Positions 1 through 13,510 of a stretch of 64,000 nt of DNA are shown in pieces. This DNA is from Hydrolagus affinis (taxonomy: Eukaryota). The notes under the pieces were generated by a model that saw nothing but the letters and a program-made list of their open reading frames with translations, was not told the DNA's origin and made no database searches. Within the stretch, counting starts at the first letter, position 1. Every line of letters begins with the position of its first letter. Made by a program: the position numbers and the translations under genes. The DNA is taken from contig JAAILG010000021.1 of assembly GCA_012026655.1 (NCBI GenBank), forward strand, positions 1 to 64,000. Reading direction: 5' to 3'.

Positions 1-56
1 TTCCACAAAATTGGTGGTCATGTTCTGTGGTGAAGCTGGCTTAAATTTAATTGTGG

Positions 57-130
57 GATTGAGACGTCTAGAAGATGTGAAAAGCACTATATCAAATGCA
101 AGGATTTTTTATATTATTATTTTTATTTAT
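57..130 (+). mobile_element. 3' tail of the abundant tRNA-headed SINE (family A)
   Basis: tgagacgtctagaagatgtgaaaagcactatatcaaatgcaagga followed by an (ATT)n-like tail, the same as the tails at about 36440 and 42790. Confidence 0.8.
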
Positions 131-439
131 TATTGGTTCATTCCTTGGCTTGCCGTAAAAGCTGCATTAAAACAGCTCAATATGACTGCGAGATGTTATA
201 ATGAAGCTTTTAGGGTAAGCATCGCTCACATGCAACTCATTAGCCCTGGTTATATTTGAGGGTGAGGGCAGCGATTGAACACATCTTCCAGTTTTATGGG
301 CAAGATCTGATAGGAGTTGATTGCAACCGAGATGAACCGAACCATTAGATGATACTAGTTATGATATGGTATCATAATATTCTTGCATTTCCCCTCATTC
401 AAATATCGAAACATAGACATTTTATCCATTTCTACATTT

Positions 440-600
440 TTATACATTTTCCAGCTCCTTGTCACATTTCAAAACATTTCACACATTACTTTGAAGTACG
501 GTGACTGTTGCAAATGTGCGAACAACATTCTACGGAGAGCAATGAGATGAATGATCAACTTGTTTGGTGAAGTTGGGTGAAGGAGAAATATTGGCCTGCT
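440..600 (-). mobile_element. Old Deu-domain SINE fragment
   Basis: Degenerate reverse match to the Deu-SINE (AmnSINE1/SacSINE1-type) body as recalled: ttgaagtacggtgactgttg...aatgagatgaatga...aaatattggcc. Confidence 0.5.
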
Positions 601-1829
601 TGTGTTGGCCTGGGAGCCTGCACCAAATATGTTGGATGATCAAATTAGTTGAACTAGTTGAAAAAGCAAGCACATGATGCCAGTCGTACTGTTATTCACC
701 CAGGTTCAACTGGCCAGCTGTGCAGATTCCAATTTCCAACCAGTACAAATAATAGAGCAGTGATAAAAAAGAGCATCCTTTGTTTGTTGCTGTAAAAAGG
801 TCAGTGTTCATCTATCCAGAGTGGAGGAGCACAGTCACAGCACATTACAGCTGCACCATTTGGGAAGAACCAGTCATTCATATTTTGCTAGAGTGACATC
901 TTGTGGCTGGAAGAGCAGAAAATCTACTTTCCTGCTTCCCGGATCTGCTTGTTTTTGTCTGGATCCATTTCTTATTTTTGTGCATCATAGCTCGTCTTTT
1001 TTTTCCAATAGTATTATTGAGAATACTATTGTTTTTAACAAACCGACCTTTTGGGAGAAAGTTTTTGCAAACATCCAAATCCAGAACCTGCAGTAAAAGA
1101 GTTGAAGCTGATTGTTATGCTTGGTTCACAAGTTGAAAGGTATGGATATGATTTATAAGACTCATGTGGTACTCAAACTCAGATCAGCCCGCTCATGATG
1201 AATTGGATCCCACAGCTCCTCTTCCCATAACTTCTATTCTTAATACTGGGAAAGAGTTACACTATTCCCTGAAATGGAAAAGTGTCTGAAAATTACCCGT
1301 GCGGGGTTGGAATAGAGAATCGCCAGGCTACATCTACAGTGAGAGTGAATAACAAACACAATAACATGATTTGCAAATATGTACATCTTTGATGTATGAT
1401 TTTTGTGTACCTAAAGCAGAAAAAAAAACTTTTTGAAGAAATGACTGCAGAAAACTGACTGCAACTCAAGGTCAGAAATGAATGGATGGAGCATATCCTG
1501 TCTGCAAGTACAAATCATGTTGATTGGTGTAAACAGAATGATGTGCCTAATCCCACATATGCCCCGTTTTCTAAGCTTTTATCAGTGTCAAAATGAAATA
1601 CTCTATCAGTCATCTCTACATTTAATCACAGCTCTATATTTCTATATAATGTCACAATAGGATTTAAAATACAATATTCAAATACAGGACTTCCAAATAG
1701 CAACTTCTGCTGGTAGCTGGATATATAATATCTCAATGTGATCTTAGCATTCTGCTGCGTCTTCACAAAATGCAGATTGTTTAGAGCTTAGCTGCCCATA
1801 TTTTCTTCTGCTGAGGATCTGTAAGCTAA

Positions 1830-2105
1830 TCACCATATCCTCACCCAACTCCACTGGCTCCTTAACCCTTCAATTGATCATCTTTAACATTTTCATCCTT
1901 ACGTTCAAAGGCCATCACAGCTTTGCCCCACCACATCTTTTCACCCTCTGCTGTCAAATAGAGTTTGTCTGATGATACCCATCAACCCATACCCCCATTA
2001 GTAGGAATTCTCTTCCAACATTCTTCCATCTCACTTCCTCCCTACCTCTCCATTTTCAAAACCCATCTAAAGACTTTTATCTCTTTGAGGACACCTTTTA
2101 CCACT
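1830..2105 (+). mobile_element. L2 LINE ORF2 C-terminal fragment (decayed)
   Basis: Encodes a degenerate ILTQLHWL...FNIFILTFKGHHSFAPPHL, the typical L2 C-terminus. Homologous to the copy at 42853-43175. Confidence 0.7.
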
Positions 2106-4719
2106 ACATGTCTGTTAACAGATCTCCAGGTATTGCCAGAAGTCTCTATTTTCTTATGAATATTGGATTTTCATTTGCAATATATAGCAGAAACTCACTC
2201 ACTTTAATATGCTGGCCTCACACAGATAGTGCATTCATTGTTTTTCTCAATAATAACCTAAAAACAATTCTCAGCAGTATAACCCATGGGTTATTTTTGG
2301 GACCTAGGCCACAGATTCATTTTGAGATAGCCTTCATCTTATTTTGCAAACACCTGTCTTATCTCTTCTTTTTTTTAAAAAAAGAATTGATATATTTCTC
2401 TTAAATAAAGATTGGTTGATCAAACCATTACATTTGTATTAGTTCAACTAGCAGAAGGCATTAATTAATAAGTATCTTGTGACACCATGTACTCAGCCAC
2501 ATCACCCACAAATTAATCTTGATAGTAAATGGGTACATGGTTATAAAATAATGGATTAAGTGCCTACAGGGGTGTGTTGAAGTGTCATTCTTTCACAACA
2601 ATTACTCCATCCCATCATACCCTAAAGTTTATTTAAAAATTAATGGAAAGTGTATTAACAAATTAAAAATCACACAGTAGTACTTAACTAAATGGAAAAC
2701 AATGCATATGAATATTAAGATGCTGTTTGCCTGGTGTCTCATTAATCGTTGTCAAACACGCGATGATACAGTAGTTTCAGATATGTCATGTGCAATGTCA
2801 CTGTTAGAGTAGGCCCGAGGCTAAAAAAAGCTCTTACTGACCTTTTAAAGAACCTCTATAAACACTACTTACATAAATACATCAGCTACATGGGGTAAAA
2901 ACCTCTATGGAACATCAACAAGGAGACAAAGGTTACAGAGGGCTAATGTCAGTATGCACTGTGAGTAATAACTAATGCACACAACTTTGATTGATAATGT
3001 CCAATGCAATGTCTCAATTCATCGTTTCCATCATTTTGCTGAGAGAAACCATATCAAATTAAAGCAACACAGCAGGAATTTATTCAACTGACCAAAGGAA
3101 ATCAGAAAAGAAAGAAGATGCCAGCAGTTCTGACAAAAGGTTCATACCCATTCTGAAACAAACAGCGTGAATTTCAAGCAAACCATGGGAACACCTAAAG
3201 AGAATACAATGATATAATGCATGACAAAAGAACCATTAGAAGTGATGTCTGTGGTTACACTTTGTGTTACGAATTTAAAAAACACCCAACCTCATGTGGC
3301 TAGATGACATAGCATTCACGATGTTCCACAAATCAACCACCATAGGTGAAGCCCCAGTGCTTCATCCACAAGATTGACAAGTTCAGTCAAATAACAGGCA
3401 AACTGCTGGACAGATCACATTTAGGAGGCAAAACATGTGATGTATGTATAGCAGCAGGGGAAGAGACGGTTGGGAACTGACATGTCTTCCATCCTTGTTC
3501 CATATCGAAAACACATCCTTTCAGCCAAGTGTAAAGCTGAAATGTCATCAGTCGTCACAGGATAGTCTTCAATCCATTTGTACACATTCCACCCCCAACC
3601 CTACCTCCCGTAGAAAACAGACCAAAAGCAGATGGCTCCCACTGAAAATAATTATAATAATAATCCTTGCATTTGATAATTACTGAAAAGCACAAAGCTA
3701 ATATGGTATTTTAGTAAATTATTATTCAAGAAATATTTATAATTAGCCCCCTACCACCAGTACTCAAACACACCAGCATTTTAATCTTGGTTTTATTAAT
3801 TCATCCTGTAAAGTATCTCCAAATCCTGTGTGCAGTAAGTGCAATGAATGTTTGATATTCTAGAATCAGAACCCAATCCCTTGGAAGATGGTAAGGAGAA
3901 AAATGATCAAAATGGGTAAACATTACAAAGAAGCATTGCTCTGTTAACGTTCATTTCTAAATCTGCTGATGCATTAAATTAACAACGTTAGTTATATCAG
4001 ATGATGCTGATCACATCAGTGCATAGAATTATTGCCTACAGTTTCATATAACCACACAAATCGCTGATTAAGTATGGTCCGAGTATTCCAAATGTTATTC
4101 AACATGAATTCATACTTCCATCCAAACTATCTGAGATTTAAGGTTTAAAAATGATGTAACTATCCCTTTCCTCCTCCAAAGCTAAACACTGGACAAGAAG
4201 AATGATAAAAGCAGTGATTATAAATAGAGCAATTTCTTGTCAAAATTAGTTCCAAATCTTTAAGTGCTTTCATGCTGCTTCAGTTTAATGCAAATACAAT
4301 AAAACTGTATCCAGTAAATGGTAGCCCGGCTCTACATTTTAATGATATCAAACGCAGCAGTGGGCATTAACAAACAATAATTCATTTCAGTTTGCTTCAG
4401 GCCTGAGGGAAAGCCAGCTGCATCAATTAATGTCAGCCTAAACTATTTACCAACAATGAATGCAGTCTCATCATCGCTATTACATTATGGTTACAAGGAG
4501 ATATTTAATCTTATAAATGTGAAAAGTTGTTTCTGATAAAAACTATTTTTAACACTGCAAAATGATTATATGCACACTTGTGGGGTTTCTGATCTCACTT
4601 TATGATGGAGAGTTAATGTTACAGAAATTGCACTTATTTATCCTATTTTCTGATATGGATGTATGCATCATATCAAATTGAAGCCACCGTCTCTCACCTA
4701 TGGGGAAGCAGGTTGTAAA

Positions 4720-4980
4720 TTGAAGACTCACATTGGGGTTTGAGCTCATCATTTAGGATCACACAACAGTGCAATATTGGGGAAGCACTGCCTTGATGGA
4801 CGTGGCAGATTTTGGAAGTGACGTTATGTTAAATCAAGGTCTTGTCTGACTGTTCTGGTACCAAAAAAAGCACGGTATTATTCAAAAAGCGAAGAGAGTT
4901 TCTTGACGACAAAAAATATTTGATGGTAATTACGTGTGAAGATGTTTTGATGCGATAAGGAGCTATAGAAATTTAAAAAA
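4720..4980 (+). mobile_element. Old Deu-domain SINE
   Basis: gggaagcactgcc...acgttatgttaaatcaaggtcttgtctg...cacggtattattcaaaaag resembles the Deu core as recalled, and ends in an aaggagctatagaaat tail. Confidence 0.6.
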
Positions 4981-5269
4981 AAACTTCCTTTCTGCAACAT
5001 ACTCATCAGAAATAAAACTTTCAGCTATTAAAAATAAAGTGCATCAGGCCTTTTCACCATAACTACTATTCTATAATATAATATTATATTGAATGTTGAT
5101 GTAACAATGCACTGCCCCAGAGAGTAACAGACTACAAGGGCTTCTTCAAAGTTCTTTTAACGTAAGCTCTTAATTTTAGCTGGCAATAAAGGAGACCTCT
5201 CAGGATGATCGTGTCTCCCTAAGAGAGGCATGGGGAGAAGCACAAAGGTCAAGACAAACCTCTTGTTAC

Positions 5270-5672
5270 CCGGAGTTTCACATTCAAAGCCCTCCACCCC
5301 ACCCTACCTCTGCGACCTCCTAACCCCCTATCAACCTGCCCGCCCCCTCTGCTCAGCAGGCTCCGGCCTGCTCCACGTCCCCCAACCCACCCGCCCCAGC
5401 ATTGGTGAGTGAGACTTCAGCCACTCTGCCCCCAACCTCTGGAAATCCAACCCACACTCTCTCTGCCTTGCCTCTCCCTGGCCTCCTTCAAGTCCCGCCT
5501 CAAGACCCTCCTCTTCAACAGTCCCATCGGTCACCCCAAATCCCTCCACTTTCCCCCACCCTCCCCGTCCCAGACCCCAGCTTGGGTCTGAAACAATGAC
5601 TGTCGAGCGCCTTACGACATCCTCCTGACTTGAAAGGCGCTTTACAAGTGTAAATTTTGTTTGTTGTTGTTG
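5270..5672 (+). mobile_element. L2 LINE 3' end with (TTG)n tail
   Basis: Encodes PPYLCDLLTPYQPARPLCSAGSGLLHVP...SFKSRLKTLLF, then gcgccttacgacatcctcctgacttgaaaggcgc...ttgttgttgttg. Confidence 0.88.
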
Positions 5673-7359
5673 AGTGACAGAGGCTTGAAAAAAGGCTGAG
5701 TACATGAGCAAAGGCATCTTAATCTGAAGTAAGAGATAACAAACTAAAAGTTAACTGCAGAACCAGAAAAGCTCATGCCAGTCTGTACTCCCAAATTGCA
5801 CAAATGGAAAGAAAAATCCAAATTTAACAAGTTCTAGTTCTACATCTTGTCTCTGCCTTCCTTAATGTGAAGCACATTTTGTTCAATTCAGAAGAACCCT
5901 GGCTTTTTTGCACTTTGGATAGCTTTCTTCCTACAAATCTGTCTTTATGGGGCTGTTATTTAGAGGACCAATTGATAGGTCCTATACAATTTACATCTGG
6001 ATTACTAATCTATTTAAGAATTCACAAATTACATGTGTATGTATGTTCATGAAAGCTTTTGCCATTTCTATAGTATTAAATAAAACAGGAAGTAAAAAAA
6101 AATCCCATAGATTGCACATCAACCAATGCCCCTTCTATGCCCCACAGATGGATTATATACAGGCTGTTTCCTTTATTAAAAGATGAAATAAATCACTATC
6201 AAACAACTAGGGACCCTTACAAGGTTATCCTTGTACAGCTTTGTTCATGAAAGGTTCACATTAAAGCATTAGTGAAATTAATTCATCTTTCATAAGAGCT
6301 TTGAGCAGTATCTGTGATGTATGATAACAACCAATTTCTCACTACTGGCAAAAAATATTCAGGTCTGATAGACTACACAAATCTGTTCGTTTTAAATAGC
6401 TGAACATTATCTCAAGTGCTGGTCCCAGAGGCATCATTTCAGATTCATATACAGCCAAGAGGTGCAATAAATCATGAGGAAAAGTTTTGTTAGTTTTATA
6501 TGCAGTGAATTGTAATTATTTTGGATTGCATTATACCTCAATCAATGTAATTACTTTTAGATCAGCTTTAAGCGGCAGTAATAAAAAGAAAGAAATCAGT
6601 CTTAAACCAATTGAGAGGACCATTTGCATATCTGTCAGTCGCAGAACGGAACAGGTTATTACTTAGATGGAAACTGCATTCTATTTTATAATTACTACTT
6701 ATAATTTTTATACATTTGTTTATGTCACTGATGTCAATATGAAATCATCAATGATATGCAATAGTCAAAATGATACAAGTTAATACCACGGTTGACTTTG
6801 TACAGTACAGTATTTTAAAATAAAGAGACTAATTTTGAGAACAGTTGTTAAGAAATAAATAGAATGAATCATTGTAAAGTCTGGATGACAGAAAAGGGTA
6901 CTGAGCCAAAACATTCAACAGTCAATTTCTGATTCCATATACAATACTGAGTTGCAGACATAACAATTACAAAGCAAATATACCTTGTACATGTGTGGGT
7001 ATTGTAACACAAAAACATCCGATCTCCTAAGGGTGCTTTAGTGAGTTATTTGATGACCTGGAAGTGATGTTGACTGTGTCAAACGACCTTAGGGCTTTAG
7101 GGTCTTGCGCATTGCCAGTAACTGTACTTCAGTGTCATAACTTGAACGCAGTGGAATACATAAAAATAATTCACCCAGTAACAGTAGAAAACCCACCACC
7201 TCCTCACACGTCATCTCTTACAAATCCCACTCAGGAAATTCTATTTGACAGACAGTGAAATAATTTAACATACCAATCAGTTGGGGCAAAAATAGAACAA
7301 CAAATGTAGTTTAAAAGATTGACTTTAAGCATCTCACGTCTCAAAACCATGCAACCTAC

Positions 7360-7463
7360 CTCAGGGAAATAATCTTTTGGAAACTTCTCCTTTTCCAGCA
7401 TGGGTGTGCTCTCTAATGTTTCTGAGTAGATTTCTTTACCAGTTACTTTTTTGTATTTCTTAG
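7360..7463 (-). CDS. INPP5A: INPP5A coding exon 6 (104 nt), (A)KKYKKVTGKEIYSETLESTPMLEKEKFPKDYFPE
   Basis: Minus strand reads tttttttttcaag|CTAAGAAA...CCCTGAG|gtaggt. The acceptor is AAG after a poly-T tract. Confidence 0.97.
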
Positions 7464-8089
7464 CTTGAAAAAAAAATCAAACGCGCATTCACAAAGTTAG
7501 TCTCCTTGTGAGCCAAAACATTCGAATATTGTCAGTTCCACAGGTTACAATTACGACAGATAAAAATATCAAATAAACTATTTGTAAACTTCACTTATGT
7601 ATTTCAGCTTAGTAAATCCTAATAAATGTAGAAAATGTTTACTAAAAATAAATATTTGCTTGGTGATTTCCCGATATTAACTAAGGTCATGTAATATGAA
7701 AATGGAATTATTGGTAATAAACTCTGTTGATAGTTAAAAATAAAGCAGCATCGCATCCAAATGTCAGTGAATGTAACAGTCTCTCGATAGTTTACTTTCC
7801 TTTCAAAACAGTAATTTAATTGATGTCTGGAAACTCTCTTCACTATCCAATCTTCTCTAAAGCTCGACCCATTCTATGCTGCACTGATAACAACTTGTTA
7901 TAGCATCAAGACATCTATTTTGTTTACCTAGCTTTTTCCTGAGCATTTAGTTGTATTACCATTGAGAAACAAATATATAATTAGATTGATGCGCTTATGA
8001 TTTACGTAAAGCTATTGAAACAGTTGCATGAAATTGCATCTTAATTTAAACTCAACGTCACCAACTATTTAATTCCTTATTCTTTGAGG

Positions 8090-8350
8090 TTTTTTTTTGC
8101 CAATTTTCTCTTTCTCTTCTTCTCCTGTGTCATCTGAAAGTGCTGTTTCTCACTGGGGTATATTTCCAAGGGCATTAATTGCTCTCTGGTAATTTCGTCA
8201 AGTGGCTATTCTTCACGTGTTTGTTGGGAGAATGAGTGTTGGCCAGCTAACCAGGTAACATAGCTCACAGGTAAACCAGATCATCCACAGATAAACCAGG
8301 GGCCACTGAACAGCAGCCAGAAGCAAACACGGTGGCTGCAATTTTCTTTC
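8090..8350 (-). mobile_element. Ancient SINE-like repeat (family B), 3' half
   Basis: Reverse complement reads ...acacgtgaagaatagccacttg...ataccccagtgagaaacagcactttcag...gagaaaattggcaaaaaaaa. It resembles an old gnathostome SINE as recalled and the 58010-58350 copy; the family name is uncertain. Confidence 0.5.
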
Positions 8351-9415
8351 CTTGCAGTTTAATATACAGTATTAAACTTAATATTTACGTTCCTTTTCTT
8401 ATCCCCAAATTTTCCAATTACAGTGTACTGTTGGTTTGAAGGTATATTCTTCCTTTGGTAAAGAAAGAAAACCATGTTCTGCTTGGATCAGGATTTCTAC
8501 AGACTCCATCTGACCAATACCTATAACTCAGCCCATTTAATCACACACGGTGCAGCTGAATTTACATTGCACACTTTATCGCACAGAAAGCCTGATCTTT
8601 TATGGGAGATTGTAGCATGCAGGAGATAACTAACTTGCTAGAATGACTCTATTCAGAGCCCTGAACAATCAAAAAATTTATTGAATTGTTATTGCACAAT
8701 TAAGCACTTAGTTAAGATCTGGAAATGTGTCTGTTGAGAGTAAATTTACCAAAAGTAAATTCTGAAGATCAACAAATTGTTTTCAATTTTTGCTACATAG
8801 CCTGACACAACCTCAACTGAAAACGTTATGGTAAGGTGCAGCAACAATTAATTTCATATACTTCGTATATAATTTTGTATATTGTACTTCTAAATGCTTA
8901 GAAGCATTTCAGTGCCAACTTATATGAACTCAGTATTTTGTAAGTTAATACTGCCTGCCATAAAAACTTTATAAAGACTGCAGGGCTGTGATTCGTTAAA
9001 AATACACTGTGACTCACCCAATATTCACACAAATAATTAATCTTATCATGTTTTTAACTTGACCTGTGATTTGAGTTACTCTTTCGTAGCATTGTGTGTC
9101 GAATTAATCAAACGTGTGACAGAAGAAAATACAAGCCTGGTACCACTCAGCGGTATATTGCTTAATTTTCAGTGGACATTACACTTGGTGATGGTACTGA
9201 TGATTGATGCCTGCTACTGATAGGATTTCTCAGATATAATAGTGCATTGCCAATGTCCATATACTGTATATAGCAATTAGTTCAATTTCAGCCCTATGAT
9301 GCTATATCATGCAGAAGATGGAAAGCTTCTATTAGCATAGTGCTAATGGTAAAGGTAAATTCAGGCCCTGCAACATCAGCAATGTTACATTAAAATAAAT
9401 CCATGTAAACCTTAC

Positions 9416-9479
9416 CTTTAAAATCAAATTGATAGGTGTTTTTCAAAGACTCATGAAGAAAGTAAAGATTTCCTAAAGC
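9416..9479 (-). CDS. INPP5A: INPP5A coding exon 5 (64 nt), ALGNLYFLHESLKNTYQFDFK(A)
   Basis: Minus strand reads gttttgcag|GCTTTAGGA...TTTAAAG|gtaagg. Confidence 0.97.
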
Positions 9480-10906
9480 CTGCAAAACAAACCCAAAGCT
9501 TATTAAAAAAAAGAATTACATGATATATCCATACTGAGATGAATCTACATATTAAAAATGATGAATGGGCATTTCCAAAACCAGAACCAGCTAACATGCA
9601 AATATGAAAACTATTTTAATTGTCATTCAAAGAATTAAAGGACAAAAAACAGGCATAACATTTTTTGTATCACTTTTTCCAAAAACCCATTTTCAAGGAA
9701 TTCATTAGAATTTTGCTATGGTAACTGCACTAAATTAGACATATATACAGCACTTCTACAATACTGCAAAGTGAATCCCCATAGTCTTTAATTCTATTGG
9801 GCCATTAATTTAGGGTTAAATCGGTCATAAATTTTCTCATTAACTAAATGTTTTTATTTTACACTCTGTTACATAGCTCACTATTCCTAAAAGGTAACAG
9901 GTCCAAATAAAAAGCACTATGCCATTAAGGAGTCAAATGCTTCCACAGTGCACAGTGTTGCAAATCTATGTTTCCAATGATTCCTGTACAGGGCAACAGA
10001 GCAACACTTCAGAAAAATGTATTTATTGTGCAAGTAGTAATCTCTCAAAACAAATTAATTCATTTTCACACGATAGAGCAATATTGTTTTAATTTGTAGC
10101 TGAGCAATAAAACACAAACAAACACATCCAAAGTGGCACAAGTGAAAACACAACCATTAGCCACTGTATCAATGACATAGTAGAAGACAATGCAAAAGGA
10201 CAAAGTGAATGTTGATACATAACTTTAACGATGGAATTATTCAAAGTTTAACCGTATGTCTCATGGAAAAATCCTGGCATATAGAATAAATCATTTACCT
10301 AAAACATAAGTCTCTTATGAAGTCACATAAAAGGAAATGATTTAGTTCCTTTCCTCTCCCTCTCCTCCCCCCCCCCCCACCACCCCCACACTCCCAACAC
10401 ACACTGACTGCGGTCACTGGGAAAACATCAACGCAGTTAGCGTTCTGTCTCAGTAATCACTGCATTATTTATGAGAACCTGCACATCTTGAGATTAAACA
10501 TTTGCTGATTTGTCAAAAGCCCAAAAATGAGGTCCTGCCCATCTCCTTGACATATTAGTTCATTCGACAAAAAAATACCATCGTACATTTAATTGATGAG
10601 TACTCTTTCTTGTGACCCAAATAGTCTGCGCTAGTCTTCCTGAAGGTGGCAAACAAGCGAAGACATGGATTGTCAGATAACTCAAGGTGAACTGCTTTTC
10701 AGACAAGGACAGCCTCAGGTAGATGGGAATTGTTTGTTTTGATGCCAGTAGAAAACAGGACCTTGATTTTGTAATTGGAGCTATGCTTAAACAGCATAAT
10801 TTTTTAATATACAAAATTGATTTGGGATCACCAGGCATTGGTAAGAGTGTTTTTATGAATTCTAATTGCAGGCTTTAGGATGGAATGTTACACCCAGCAA
10901 TCAACA

Positions 10907-11060
10907 CTCACTTTCCAACCAGGATGGCAGTGGAGAGTGGCTCCTTCAAGGAGGATTGGACTAGGTATTACAATTCAAATCTAGCTCCCTGAATTACCAC
11001 TGACAGTTGTTGCAGTAAAATCAGCTTGGCGAATCTTGGAATAGCATGCCAATACTCATA
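10907..11060. repeat. ~150-bp direct repeat, copy 1
   Basis: ctcactttccaaccaggatggcagt...aaaatcagcttgg.gaatct...aatagcat is colinear with 12087-12236. Confidence 0.9.
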
Positions 11061-11744
11061 CTTACATAGAAACAAGGTTCTCCCTGCAAATTTGTGCTAT
11101 AATTATGTTTGTGCCATTTACAATATAAACAGGCAAAATAGATCACTAGAATGGCAGCAAATGCAATGGATGGAGTATTGGAATCATAGATACTGTATAT
11201 AATTTTTAAAGCACATTTAACCTTCGATTGTTCCTTGAAATGTAACTTTCTCATTTCAATGTTACTTTTTCTCTTTCCGTATTTCATTGCTAGTAAAGTG
11301 TACTGAGTGTTCTCTGGTAGTGAGGATGAATCAGGGCTTCCCAATGATCGGTGATGGCTTCAAACCAGTTTGTACATTAAAATACAGCACACAACAGCCT
11401 ACTTGCAAACGTCACACATCTTCATTGGATCTACAGCACTCTCCTGCCATAATATTATCAGTGACCATCATTGTTATTAGGTTACAAATAAGATTGAAAA
11501 GGTGAACAGGCAGATTTGATGTATACTGTTGATGAGTTTGTACTTTACATAAAAGTGACACTGCTGTACTTGTATTCATTTGACAGATATACTTTGTCAG
11601 AAACCACATTATCTATATTCTCCAAAAGAAGCTTGGCATTTAATAAGTGAAGGCGTGCTGCACTATTTGTTAGATACTGAATTGAGCCATAAATCAAATT
11701 TGAATTAATAATAATGATTGCATTTGATAGAGCACCTTGTAGGA

Positions 11745-11990
11745 TGCACCAAGCCAGGAAAGGAGGAGTTGCAAGAGTCAAGATTTGTTAAATTTCAGGA
11801 CAGACACCAGATAGCTTTCCGTTACAAAGAGTGTAATTAACGACCCAGAACAGATTGGAAGGAAGGGTGATTGAGGGCAGGACACTGGACTCATTTAGAT
11901 TGATACTGTGATAGGAGGAGGTTAAATCTGTGGGTACTCTGGAGGAATGTAATCAGATGAGCAGAAAGTCCTTGAGTGGTAAGACAAATT
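11745..11990 (+). mobile_element. CR1 LINE 3' end fragment (decayed)
   Basis: tttgttaaatttcaggacagacaccagatagctttccgttacaaagagtgtaattaac...ggaagggtgattgagggcaggacactggactcattt matches the CR1 C-terminal pattern KFRTD.R..FF.QRV.N.WN...VIE..TL.SF. Confidence 0.55.
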
Positions 11991-12086
11991 TCAATAGATT
12001 CCAGTTCTTGTCTGGAATTAGTGACCTGGTGGTCCATCAAACATTAGCGAGATATATAGTAATAAACAACACAAATTACTGTACAT

Positions 12087-12236
12087 CTCACTTTCCAACC
12101 AGGATGGCAGTAGATAGTGGATCCTTCAAAGAACATCGGCTGGGTATTACAATTCAAATCTAATTCCCTGAATTACCACTGATAGTTGTAGTAAAATCAG
12201 CTTGGTGAATCTTTGAATAGCATACCAACACTCGTA
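12087..12236. repeat. ~150-bp direct repeat, copy 2
   Basis: Highly similar by eye to 10907-11060. Confidence 0.9.
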
Positions 12237-12240
12237 TGGC

Positions 12241-12595
12241 TTGGGGAGGACGTCCCCAAGGCGCTCGACTGTCAGGGTTTTGGACCTGATCTGGGGATTA
12301 GGATCAGGAGGGGTAGAGGGCAGGTAGGGTAGGGTTAGGAGGGTAACCAAAGGCATGGTCGAAGAGGAGGGCCTCGAGATGTGCCTTGAACGAGGCAAGG
12401 GAGAGAGCAAGGTGAAGGGACTATGGGATAGAATTCCAAAGAGTGGGGGCAGAGAGGCTGAATGCTTGACCGCCAATCGTGGGGTGATCCAGGCGGACAC
12501 ATGGAACAGGCCAGAGCCTGCTGAGCGGAGGGAGTGGACAGGTTACTATGGGGTTAGGAAATCATAGAGGTGGGAAGGAGCAAGGTCGTGCAAAA
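12241..12595 (-). mobile_element. L2 LINE 3' fragment
   Basis: Reverse-complement homologue of 5270-5672 (gggaggacgtccccaaggcgctcgactgtc...ccagagcctgctgagcggagggag). Confidence 0.85.
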
Positions 12596-13442
12596 AATTG
12601 AAACTCACCCTATTATAAGCAATTTAACTTCATCTTTCAGATGAAATAATATACCCAAATCTCCAGTGATCTATAACTAACTCAATGAACAGGATAAATA
12701 TACTATTCAATATTTTATAATATATGGTGTATAGCTGTACATTTTAAATTTTATAAATTCAGCAAAACATTTGACATGTAAAATGCACAAATATTTAAAA
12801 GTTCGAACAAATTGGGAGGAATTAATCTCTTGTTGATCTGCATCTCTTCTTATATCTTACTAATGAGAAATGGATTACAATTCACAATCAAAGAATATTA
12901 ATTTGAAACCCCCCCACTGCTGACAGGAAGTCTTTATCTTTTAACAATAGTGCATGTCAATTGTATGTTTGTCACGTCTTGCTTTATTGATTTCCTGCCA
13001 TTTTCACTTGAAATAATTAAAACTATATTTTACATATTTATAAACCTAACTGTCAGTGGCTCTACTTAATTTTCCATTAGTAAAATGCATCTATTAACTT
13101 CTGACTAGGACCCATGGGAATAAAATGAATAATTGCAGTTAACTGTAGGCAGAAATAAACACAATAAACATGTAGTAAAAATGATGTTTTACCATAGAAA
13201 AGCATATCTTATCTGGCTTTTGTTCACCTGGTCCTCATACAGTGTAATCAAACCTGTTAGGAGACCAGAATCCACACAGCCTGGAGGTTAGCTAAGATTC
13301 ACTGGTTGCAATGGGTTTTATTTATCTCTCTCACTATTCCTTACCAAGGGGTAATGGCAGAACAACCTGGGATCATGGTTCTGCGTAACAGCTATTAATG
13401 CCACTTGCTAACTGGAACGATGCATCAGAGGAACCATCCACC

Positions 13443-13510
13443 CAAAACAACAACAACTCAAATTGATATAGCGCCCTCCACGCCGGACAGCGTCTCAGAG
13501 CGCACTCACC
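13443..13510 (-). mobile_element. L2-type 3' tail (ACGCC/GGCGT stem variant)
   Basis: aacaacaacaactcaaattgatatagcgccctccacgccggacagcgtctcagagcgc. Confidence 0.7.

Noticed and set aside
3126-3160. Hammerhead-like remnant agttctgacaaaaggttcatacccattctgaaac
   Set aside because: The core box reads CUGACAA, stem II is broken and no Penelope flanks were recognised. It is too degenerate to call.
6600-6632. Minus-strand TGCAAATGGTCC (CKWS), resembling the start of INPP5A exon 7
   Set aside because: There is no AG acceptor before it, and it continues SQLV* rather than RKGFIRTRW. The real exon 7 is probably beyond the window's left edge.
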